Positions 1 to 8,179 of a stretch of DNA of 32,000 nt are shown here, one piece after another. The translations under genes were made by a program, and so were the position numbers. The notes under the pieces are model-generated. The model was given only the letters and a program-made list of their open reading frames with translations. It had not been told where the DNA came from and made no database searches. Every line of letters starts with the position of its first letter. Within the stretch, counting starts at the first letter, position 1. The DNA is from Candidatus Hermodarchaeota archaeon (GTDB lineage Archaea; Asgardarchaeota; Heimdallarchaeia; Hodarchaeales; Hodarchaeaceae), in contig JBHLKY010000010.1 of NCBI GenBank assembly GCA_048886185.1, positions 48,526-80,525 of the forward strand, read 5' to 3'.

Positions 1-140
1 CAGCAATCGTGTTTCTTATAAGTGATATTGAATTGAGCAGTTCCAGATAGTTGTTCCAATAAATTAAATTATAATTTCTTGTAATGACTTCTTCAACCAT
101 CAAATGAGTATTACCGAGATTCAGGAGATTGGTTATTACA

Positions 141-1166
141 ATGACTTCTTTACGATCATTTATAGTGATGAGGATAGCCCTTTTACTGCCAATGATGTGG
201 TTATTAATAACTATTGTATTCTTTCTGTTACGAGTTCTTCCAGGAGCAAACCCTGCTCTTGTTATGAATCCGAAGTTGACACCAGAACAAGTTGAATTAA
301 TGTCAGAGAGATTTGGGTTAGATCGTCCATTACATGAGCAATATTTTGATTTTCTATTTAGATCCATGGTCTTCGATTTTGGAGTGTCATTTCGGACCAA
401 TAATTTTGTGGCAGTTGAAATAAGACAAGCTTTTGGATTGACATTAACATTAGGAACATTTGGTACTTTGATTGGTATTCCATTAGGGGTCATACTAGGT
501 GGTATTTCTGGAGCAAACAGAAACAGTATAAAAGATCATGCAATTCGATTATACACTATAGGAATTTATTCAATTCCAATATTCTTAGTAGGGATTTTAA
601 TGCAAATGCTGTTCTCTAAATCAGGAATTCTTATCCCACTACTACCTGCATTGTCACCAATGAGAGCAGGAGCGACTGGTGAATTTACAAAATATACAGA
701 TATATGGTTGATCGATACATTATTATCTGGGAGACCTGATCTAACTTTTGATCTAATTCTTCATATGATAATGCCCAGTGTAGCTCTAGGCATGTTAATA
801 GCTGGTGTAATCGCTAGACAAGTACGAACGAACATGATTTTTCAATTAGAGCAAGATTATGTCCATTTCGCAAGATCGAGAGGAATTCCAGAGAATACTG
901 TTGTTTATCGATATACTTTGAAGAATGCAGTTGTACCAACTATTGGCTTGATAAGTTTACAATTTGCTTTATTGCTAGCTGGTGCAATATTAACAGAGAC
1001 TACATTCAATATCCCAGGATTAGGAAGATATTTGTTTCTTGCAATTCAAGAGAAAGACTTTCCAGCAGTGCAAGGAGTCATGGTAGTTTTTGTTTTAGTA
1101 GTAAGCATTGTTAGCTTAATCGGGGATGTCCTTTATGCCCTCTTAGATCCTAGAATTACGTATTAA
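141..1166 (+). CDS. dppB: Dipeptide/oligopeptide ABC transporter permease (DppB/OppB family), operon 1
   Basis: N-terminal LLRVLPGANPA...FGLDRPLHEQYFDFL, EAA loop (FARSRGIPENTV), C-terminal ETTFNIPGLGRY...DFPAVQG...LDPRI. ATG 141 is preferred over TTG 129 because it aligns with the start of the second DppB. Confidence 0.93.
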   Translation: MTSLRSFIVMRIALLLPMMWLLITIVFFLLRVLPGANPALVMNPKLTPEQVELMSERFGLDRPLHEQYFDFLFRSMVFDFGVSFRTNNFVAVEIRQAFGLTLTLGTFGTLIGIPLGVILGGISGANRNSIKDHAIRLYTIGIYSIPIFLVGILMQMLFSKSGILIPLLPALSPMRAGATGEFTKYTDIWLIDTLLSGRPDLTFDLILHMIMPSVALGMLIAGVIARQVRTNMIFQLEQDYVHFARSRGIPENTVVYRYTLKNAVVPTIGLISLQFALLLAGAILTETTFNIPGLGRYLFLAIQEKDFPAVQGVMVVFVLVVSIVSLIGDVLYALLDPRITY

Positions 1167-1178
1167 ATCGGATTGTAG

Positions 1179-2105
1179 GTGAAAAATTTGGTAACGCCAC
1201 CCATAACTCAAAAAGGTCAAATTGGAGAGTCTAAAGCTATTATTATCAAATTTTGGGAGTTTATTAGATATAACAAGACATTAACTTTTGGGATTATCCT
1301 CTTAAGCATTATTGTGATAGTAGCCGTCTTTGCTGACTTTATTTCCCCCTATCACTATGCTGAAAGATTTCCTCAATTACGTTATGGGCCTCCCTCCTCA
1401 GAACATCCTTTTGGAACAACATTATTGGGATTTGATGTCTTAGCGAGAGTGATATATGGTGCTCGCGTTGCATTAATAATCGCTTTTTCTGGAACGATTC
1501 TGGCTTATATAATTGGTGTTCCTCTCGGTATTCTTTCAGGATATTTTGGAGGAAAGGTAGATAGGTTATTAACCCTTATAGCTGATGCAATCTATTCATT
1601 TCCCTCATTATTATTGGCAATTACTTTTGCCATCTACCTCTCAGGATTTGGTATACTCAAAACTGTTGCTGCTGTATCCTTTGCAACAGCAGTAGTTTAC
1701 ATCCCAACCTATTTTCGGGTTGTTCGTTCACAGGTTCTGCAAGTTAAAAAAGAAGGGTATGTTAATGCAGCAAAATCAATTGGTGCTGGAAAATTAACAA
1801 TATTAATTAGATATATAACTCCCAATATATTAGCAACTACAATTGCTATAATACCATTTAATATGACTGATGCAATTCTTACCAATGCAGGTTTAGCTTT
1901 CCTTGGACTCGGTATCCAACCCCCTACAGCAGATTGGGGATATGATGTTTATGATGCTAGAGCTCTTTCAAAAGTGCGTGCATATCCTTGGTTAATCTTT
2001 TTCCCTGGATTGATGATTTTTTTATTATCCTTTGCCCTTTCACTCATAGGTGATGCGCTCAATGACAAATTCAATCCCCTTATTAAACAAAAAGGAATTC
2101 AATAA
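1179..2105 (+). CDS. dppC: Dipeptide/oligopeptide ABC transporter permease (DppC/OppC family), operon 1
   Basis: PPSSEHPFGT..GFDVLARVIYGAR, EAA loop (YVNAAKSIGAG), AGLAFLGLG..PP..DWG, GDALND. The start is GTG 1179 or TTG 1188 (AGGTGA at 1177-1182). Confidence 0.93.
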   Translation: MKNLVTPPITQKGQIGESKAIIIKFWEFIRYNKTLTFGIILLSIIVIVAVFADFISPYHYAERFPQLRYGPPSSEHPFGTTLLGFDVLARVIYGARVALIIAFSGTILAYIIGVPLGILSGYFGGKVDRLLTLIADAIYSFPSLLLAITFAIYLSGFGILKTVAAVSFATAVVYIPTYFRVVRSQVLQVKKEGYVNAAKSIGAGKLTILIRYITPNILATTIAIIPFNMTDAILTNAGLAFLGLGIQPPTADWGYDVYDARALSKVRAYPWLIFFPGLMIFLLSFALSLIGDALNDKFNPLIKQKGIQ

Positions 2106-3093
2106 TAGGCCAACTCCTTTATTAGAAATTAAGAACTTAACGGTTGACTATCCAACCACTGAAGGAAATATACGAGCAGTTGATAATGTTTCTCTTAATC
2201 TCTATAGTGGAGAGGTTTTAGGACTTGTTGGCGAATCAGGTTGTGGAAAAAGTACTCTTGGATTTTCATTACTACGCTTATTAAGAGGGGGAGTTGTACG
2301 AAGTGGAAATATATTTTTTGAGGGTACAGATCTCTTATCGCTTTCTAAGTCAAAAATTCGGAAACTGCGAGGCTCTGATATTTCCATGGTATTTCAAGCA
2401 TCTCAAAACGCTCTAAATCCTCTTCAAAAAATTTCTAAACACTTCATTGATACATTAAAAGTTCATAATCTTTGGAATCCTGAGAAATGGGAAGATGTTA
2501 AGAACTTACTTCAACGTTTGGAAATTCCAGAATCACGTCTTGACGATTATGCGTTTCAATTTTCTGGTGGAATGCAGCAGCGTATTGTTATCGCTCTAAC
2601 ACTTATTTTAAACCCTAAATTAATAATTGCTGATGAACCAACAACAGCACTTGATGTTTTAGTTCAAGCACGGTTATTACAACTTCTTAAGGATATAATA
2701 AAGGAGTTTAAATTAACTGTTATCTATATTACTCACAATTTAGGAGTTGTTGCTGAAATCACTCAACGAGTTGCAATCATGTATGCTGGACAGATTCTTG
2801 AGGTGGGGGATACATTCACAATTTTTGAGGATGCTGCCCATCCTTATACACAAGCATTAATCTCAGCTATTCCGAACGTTAAAGATGAGGAAAAAAGAAA
2901 GATGAGTTTTATCCCAGGTCATCCTCCTGATTTAAGAAATCCTACTATAGGATGTTGTTTTGCTGATCGTTGCTCCTTTGCAATTGGGATATGTAAAACT
3001 ACCCTTCCCCACCCTCTCTCTCTCTCCTCAAAAAATGGCCACATGGTTAAATGTCTAATGTACGATGATAATTTTAGTTCAAAGTTTAAATGA
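2062..3093 (+). CDS. dppD: Dipeptide/oligopeptide ABC transporter ATPase (DppD/OppD family), operon 1
   Basis: Walker A GESGCGKST, signature FSGGMQQR, Walker B IIADEPTTALD, H-loop ITHN, C-terminal four-Cys oligo-HPY domain. ATG 2062 lies 7 nt after AGGTGAT and overlaps the dppC 3' end. Confidence 0.93.
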   Translation: MTNSIPLLNKKEFNNRPTPLLEIKNLTVDYPTTEGNIRAVDNVSLNLYSGEVLGLVGESGCGKSTLGFSLLRLLRGGVVRSGNIFFEGTDLLSLSKSKIRKLRGSDISMVFQASQNALNPLQKISKHFIDTLKVHNLWNPEKWEDVKNLLQRLEIPESRLDDYAFQFSGGMQQRIVIALTLILNPKLIIADEPTTALDVLVQARLLQLLKDIIKEFKLTVIYITHNLGVVAEITQRVAIMYAGQILEVGDTFTIFEDAAHPYTQALISAIPNVKDEEKRKMSFIPGHPPDLRNPTIGCCFADRCSFAIGICKTTLPHPLSLSSKNGHMVKCLMYDDNFSSKFK

Positions 3094-3100
3094 ATCTGGG

Positions 3101-4321
3101 ATGAAATTGACTCAAAATACAGATCTTAGTAAAGATCCCCCTTTACTTACAGTTAAAAACTTAAAGAAATACTTTCCTATTGAAGGTGGATTCTTTCAAC
3201 GCCTTTTCTCTAAAGAACAAGAATATGTGCATGCTGTGGATGATATCACTTTTTCAATAAATAGGGGTGAGATCTTTTGTCTTGTTGGTGAAAGTGGTTG
3301 TGGCAAAACAACAGCTGCAAATGTCATAATTGGGCTAGAAAACCCCACAGCTGGAGAATTTGAATGGAAAGGGTCTAACATAACTCATGATGAATTGAAG
3401 CCCAAAAAAGGGAACATAAAATCCCAAGTTGTTTTTCAGAATCCATTTTCTTCGCTGAGTCCACGAATGAGATTAGGGGACGCTGTTCTTCATTCATTGG
3501 TGATTCATGATAGAGTAGATGATCAAGATACTAAGAAAAAGAATAGAAACTCGATCTATTCAGAAATATTATTTGTATTAAGCAGTTTATTAGCCATGGT
3601 TCTACTTATTCTTGCTTTTGTTCTTGAAGAGATGGCAGCTGGGATAAGTGCGTTGTTAGGAGTTTTTATATTTGCAATTGCTTTATTTTCTTATTTTTAT
3701 TTCGCGGTGTATCAAAAAAACAAAATTGCAGATAGGACTGTATTGGGATTTTTTAATGAAATAGGTTTAACACCACCGAATCAATATTATTCTAAGTATC
3801 CTAACGCTGTTAGTGGGGGAGAAAGGCAGCGTGTTTCAATTGCACGAGCGATTGTACTTAATCCCGAGTTACTTGTGGCTGATGAACCCACAAGTATGTT
3901 AGATGTAAGTTTAAGGGCTGGGATTTTAGATCAATTAAAAGAAATACAATTAACTCACAATATTTCCATCCTTTTCATTACGCACGATCTAGCAACAGCA
4001 AGACATTTTGGGGATCGAGTGGCGGTAATGTATGTTGGAAAGATAGTGGAAATAGGGGACGTTGAGCAAATGTTCAAAAATCCTTTTCACCCGTACACAA
4101 ATGCTTTAATAGATGCAATTCCTACTCCTATACCTGGAGAAAAGAAAATCAACCTTCCGAAAGGTGAAGTACCTGATTCAATCACCCCACCATCAGGTTG
4201 TCGATTTCATCCCCGCTGTTCTATTGCTGATCTATCTATTTGCAGTACAGAAGAGCCAAAATTAGTGGAAAAATATCCAAATCATTTTGTAGCCTGTCAT
4301 TTTCCATTAGTCAAAAAATAA
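3101..4321 (+). CDS. dppF: Dipeptide/oligopeptide ABC transporter ATPase (DppF/OppF family) with an inserted two-helix hydrophobic segment
   Basis: GESGCGKTT, Q-loop VFQNP, VSGGERQR, VADEPTSMLD, ITHD, GCRFHPRC...C...VACH. About 60-65 extra residues, mostly hydrophobic, sit between the Q-loop and the signature. The start is uncertain (3065, 3101 or 3107). Confidence 0.9.
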   Translation: MKLTQNTDLSKDPPLLTVKNLKKYFPIEGGFFQRLFSKEQEYVHAVDDITFSINRGEIFCLVGESGCGKTTAANVIIGLENPTAGEFEWKGSNITHDELKPKKGNIKSQVVFQNPFSSLSPRMRLGDAVLHSLVIHDRVDDQDTKKKNRNSIYSEILFVLSSLLAMVLLILAFVLEEMAAGISALLGVFIFAIALFSYFYFAVYQKNKIADRTVLGFFNEIGLTPPNQYYSKYPNAVSGGERQRVSIARAIVLNPELLVADEPTSMLDVSLRAGILDQLKEIQLTHNISILFITHDLATARHFGDRVAVMYVGKIVEIGDVEQMFKNPFHPYTNALIDAIPTPIPGEKKINLPKGEVPDSITPPSGCRFHPRCSIADLSICSTEEPKLVEKYPNHFVACHFPLVKK

Positions 4322-4684
4322 GGAAAAAATTGTTTCTGATATCGAAAATGATGATAACTATTTAATCTTGAAGATTAGAATATAGAATAGAATTCTATAT
4401 AATGGGAAAAGACGAAGATTTATTAAAGGAAATGACAATTTATTCTAAATGGAGAAAATAATTAAAAAGGTTCGCGCCCAAATTGATATTTTTTAGGACT
4501 CATTGAAATAAAATGCTTTCTTAACTCATCCAGGCATGAAGCATCGAATAAAGATGATAATAGATGTTTTCAACTTAACATTCTAATCATACCATAGTCT
4601 ATTTCATCAAAGCATTTATTTATTAATAATCTAGTAATTTGCACAAATATCAGGTAAGGCTTCTTTAATAAGATTTAGAATTTC

Positions 4685-5434
4685 ATGGTGAAAATATTAA
4701 TGGAATTTGTTGGATACTCAGACTCCTACGTTCGTGATTTAGTTAGAAATCGAAATAAATTTCCAGATAAGGAAAAACAGCATGAAACTATTAATGAAAC
4801 TAATATAAAACGTACATTAACAGCATTATCAAAAGTAGAAAGGCCTGAATCACAAATTAAGGATATGATCACTTGGTTGGAGAAGATATCGCGATATATT
4901 CCAATACCAAGTGAAAAAGAATTAGAAGAAATAATCCAGCTTATGATATTGTTAGGTAAAGTAAGATCTCAATTCAATTTTCTATATGACAAGCCTGGTC
5001 TAGATTTAATGAAGCGTGTCAGAGAATGCATGATTAGATACTTAGTTGTTTTATCTGAAATTCGAGTAAGCAGAAAGGAATACTTAGCTCATTGGTTCAC
5101 TGAGGAATCTTGGATATTCGATTGGAGTCGTACTTTCCTTGATCTTATGCCATCAGATAATATGGAAATGTTCTCTTTTCCAGATATAACTGCCCACGAT
5201 TTCCTCCATCTATTAACACTAGAATTAGCGTGTGCTGACTCTACTTCGAAGCTAGAAAAACCAATGTTGAAAATGCAAACATTAGAGGATAAGCATAACG
5301 AGTTCATTATCATTCCTACTGAAGCAGCGGCACAAGAATATAAGATTCAAGTAACAAGAATATTAAATAATGAATTGACCTTTACTGACTGGGTTAATGA
5401 AATATTAAAGGCCTATGAGTTACCAAAACCTTGA
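4685..5434 (+). CDS. Hypothetical soluble protein, probably alpha-helical
   Basis: 249-codon ATG ORF in AT-rich DNA with natural, charged composition; no family recognised. Confidence 0.75.
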   Translation: MVKILMEFVGYSDSYVRDLVRNRNKFPDKEKQHETINETNIKRTLTALSKVERPESQIKDMITWLEKISRYIPIPSEKELEEIIQLMILLGKVRSQFNFLYDKPGLDLMKRVRECMIRYLVVLSEIRVSRKEYLAHWFTEESWIFDWSRTFLDLMPSDNMEMFSFPDITAHDFLHLLTLELACADSTSKLEKPMLKMQTLEDKHNEFIIIPTEAAAQEYKIQVTRILNNELTFTDWVNEILKAYELPKP

Positions 5435-5506
5435 AATGATGAATAATTCTTTTTTGCAATCGAAAATGCCTCATAAAAAGAAATATTGAAGAATTAATAT
5501 CAAGAA

Positions 5507-6232
5507 ATGAAAATGCTATCTTTAAAAGAAAAATATTATAAAAAATTGGTAATAAAACTCTCATTGATACTTATCATAGGATTTCTATTTATATCACACA
5601 TTATTACCTCTCCGTCCAAAGCTGATTATGTTGTGATAGATTGGGGGGATCTTGTGAAAATGAAGGTTAAAATAACATACAGAAGGCCTGGAGGAACTGA
5701 TCAGTTTTTTTCCGATGGTTTTGTAGAACTCTATCTTGGAGATACTGTGCCTCCAGAAGTAAATGAAACATCAAATAGAATAAAAACAATGTCTGCGGTA
5801 TTTAGAGAACATGTAATAGGTATGAGGGTGGGAGAGGAGCGAACTTTCAAAGTAAATTATAAAGAACTCAATATTACTCGTCCAGATAATACTCTATATG
5901 GAGCTGATATTACTTATACTGTTAAATTTCTAGAAATGCTTCTAGATGCACACTATGACCCAATCTTCGAATTAACACCTACTCATCCAGTCTTTTTATT
6001 TTCAATGGCTGCTCTCGGAATCATCTTATTTCTCATTTATTATACTGATTTACATCATATTGTGTATCAAAAGGTTCAAAGAGTCCGTGTCCCCCATTGT
6101 GTGATATGCGGAACTCGTACAAGTTTACACTGTGGTTTTGCGGGCTGTAAAAAATCAATTTGTCGTTCGTGTTTTACTAAAGAAGGACGATGTCCTTTCT
6201 GTAATAGTAATAAGCTTGTAGGTCAAAAATAG
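5507..6232 (+). CDS. Membrane protein: signal peptide, FKBP-type PPIase-like domain, TM helix and C-terminal 8-Cys (RING-like) zinc finger
   Basis: Signal-like N-terminus ending SPSKA. FKBP-like motifs GDLVKMKVKITY, LYLG, VIGMRVGEERTFKV, LYGADITYTVKFLE. TM at about aa 162-180. Cys at aa 198, 201, 209, 214, 219, 222, 229 and 232. Confidence 0.8.
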   Translation: MKMLSLKEKYYKKLVIKLSLILIIGFLFISHIITSPSKADYVVIDWGDLVKMKVKITYRRPGGTDQFFSDGFVELYLGDTVPPEVNETSNRIKTMSAVFREHVIGMRVGEERTFKVNYKELNITRPDNTLYGADITYTVKFLEMLLDAHYDPIFELTPTHPVFLFSMAALGIILFLIYYTDLHHIVYQKVQRVRVPHCVICGTRTSLHCGFAGCKKSICRSCFTKEGRCPFCNSNKLVGQK

Positions 6233-6241
6233 CAATATCTA

Positions 6242-6943
6242 TTAAGAGCTTTGTATTTTATTGATTACTGATAATTTACCATTTTGAAGCAAAAAAATTT
6301 TATCAGCGTTTTTAGCCGCTTCAGGATCATGTGTGGTCATGATAATTGCATGATTTCCTCTTTGATCAACAATATGTCTAAAAAGGGAAATAATTTCTTT
6401 TCCAGTTTGTGAATCTAAATTCCCAGTTGGTTCATCGACCAACAGGATTAAAGGATTGTTTACAATAGCTCGTGATATAGCAATACGTTGTTTCTCCCCT
6501 CCTGATAGCTGATTTGGATAATGGTTTGCTTTTTCAGTCATGTCAGTTTGTTGGAGGGCTTTGAGTGCAAGTAACTTTCGTTCACTTTCAGGAACCTCAG
6601 CAAATATTAAGGGGATTTCAACGTTTTCTTCTGCTGTGAGATGAGGAAGTAAGTTAAAATCTTGAAAAACCATGCCTAGTTTGTTTCGTCGTAATTCAGA
6701 AGCAATATCATCCGATATCTTACCAATATTATAATTCTCTACGAAGACATCACCTTCAGTTGCTTGTTCCAATCCAGTGATTATATTTAATAGAGTAGTT
6801 TTACCTGATCCAGAAGCTCCCATAATAGCAACAAATTCATTAGGAAATAGCTTGAGATTTACATTATCAAAAACTTTTAAGGTAATTGAATCCTCATCAA
6901 ACTCTTTTTTTAACCCTTTAACGACCAAGATAGGCTCTATCAA
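6242..6943 (-). CDS. ABC transporter ATPase, LolD/MacB/FtsE family
   Basis: GASGSGKTT, GMVFQDFNLLPHLTAEENV, LSGGEKQRIAISRA, VDEPTGNLD, TTHD. TTG start; an in-frame stop lies 7 codons upstream with no ATG between. Confidence 0.92.
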   Translation of the reverse strand: MIEPILVVKGLKKEFDEDSITLKVFDNVNLKLFPNEFVAIMGASGSGKTTLLNIITGLEQATEGDVFVENYNIGKISDDIASELRRNKLGMVFQDFNLLPHLTAEENVEIPLIFAEVPESERKLLALKALQQTDMTEKANHYPNQLSGGEKQRIAISRAIVNNPLILLVDEPTGNLDSQTGKEIISLFRHIVDQRGNHAIIMTTHDPEAAKNADKIFLLQNGKLSVINKIQSS

Positions 6944-7101
6944 GCTAATTTCCCTGGTGGATCATTTATTCAATGGTATTATGATATTTATGGTTTATGT
7001 AAGAATCAATTTACTTTTAATCTTAGAGTTCTTATATATCATAGCAATAAATGAAAAGATAAAGAAAATTTAATTTATAAATCAAGATTTTTTTATCTTC
7101 A

Positions 7102-8166
7102 ATGAGATGTTCTAACGTGACCAAAAACCATACTAAAGACAATTATGATAATTCTGACCTTCCAGAAGATTTACTTATCGGAATAGCGAATGTATACAAG
7201 ATTTATCGAAGTGCAGAAATTGAAACAGTTGCGCTGCGAGGAGTAAGTTTATCATTATTTGAAGGAGAAATTATGGGTGTTATTGGTCCATCAGGAAGCG
7301 GTAAAAGTACCTTGGTTAACATAATGGCTGGATTGATAAAACCAACCGCAGGAATTGTATATTGGTCATCTGTTAGGGCTGACATTGCACGGATGCCCGA
7401 TAATTTTATAACTCAAATAAGAAATCAATTCATTGGGATTATTTGCCAGATATCGGAGTCTAATTTATTACCACACTTATCTGTTATCGAAAATGTTTTG
7501 TTACAAGGTCAAATTGGTAATTTAAATCGAACCGAGTTGAAAAAACATGCTTTGGAACTCTTGGATCGTGTTGGCCTCAGATCTCGTCAAAATAGTAAAC
7601 CAATGGTATTATCAATGGGCGAAAGACAGCGAATAGCTTTAGCTGCAGCATTAATTAATAAGCCGAAGATAATTCTAGCTGATGAGCCAACTGGTTCTCT
7701 TGATTATAAGAATGGAGAAGAATTCTTAGAATTAATACATGAAATAAATGAGAATTTAGGAACAGCATTTCTAATCGTGACTCACTCTCAGCAAGTTGTT
7801 CCTCATACTCATCGTATCATAGAACTTCGTGATGGAATCAAAGCAGGACAGCATGAAGAGATTGAATTAGACAATCTTGATTATAGTCGCATTATTATTC
7901 CTGATGACCAGGGACGAATACTACTTCCCCAAGAGTTGATAACACGATTTGATACAGACACAAGTCACTTTAAAGCTGTTCTTAAAGATGGTAAGATAGT
8001 ACTTGAGCCAATAGTAACTTCTCTTTCGAGGAAAAGTATTATCTTTCAACGGCGTTCGCATAAGGAAATAGCTTGTCCTGTTTGTAAAACTGTTAACATT
8101 GGTAAAAGCATTCTATGCTCTAATTGTGGAAGCTTATTACGAAAAGCTGGTCGTTGGTCAACATAA
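7102..8166 (+). CDS. ABC transporter ATPase (LolD/MacB family) fused to an AbrB-like domain and a zinc ribbon
   Basis: GPSGSGKST, NLLPHLSVIENV, LSMGERQR, ADEPTGSLD, VTHS. These are followed by DDQGRILLPQELI...DGKIVLEP (AbrB/SpoVT-like) and CPVC-x10-CSNC. Confidence 0.88.
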   Translation: MRCSNVTKNHTKDNYDNSDLPEDLLIGIANVYKIYRSAEIETVALRGVSLSLFEGEIMGVIGPSGSGKSTLVNIMAGLIKPTAGIVYWSSVRADIARMPDNFITQIRNQFIGIICQISESNLLPHLSVIENVLLQGQIGNLNRTELKKHALELLDRVGLRSRQNSKPMVLSMGERQRIALAAALINKPKIILADEPTGSLDYKNGEEFLELIHEINENLGTAFLIVTHSQQVVPHTHRIIELRDGIKAGQHEEIELDNLDYSRIIIPDDQGRILLPQELITRFDTDTSHFKAVLKDGKIVLEPIVTSLSRKSIIFQRRSHKEIACPVCKTVNIGKSILCSNCGSLLRKAGRWST

Positions 8167-8179
8167 GAAGAACCTCTTG

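Noticed and set aside
1-100. Minus-strand frame open from ATG 100 to the window edge (MVEEVITRNYNLIYW...)
   Set aside because: Only 33 codons are visible, no motif is recognisable, and there is almost no promoter space to the divergent dppB start. It cannot be supported without flanking sequence.
3014-3026. (CT)6C microsatellite in dppD as a possible phase-variation site
   Set aside because: It is short, the frame is intact with the terminal Cys motif preserved, and there is no evidence of length variation.
4402-4461. 19-codon ORF MGKDEDLLKEMTIYSKWRK in the intergenic gap
   Set aside because: There is no SD, the TATA-like box abuts the ATG, and ORFs of this size are expected by chance.
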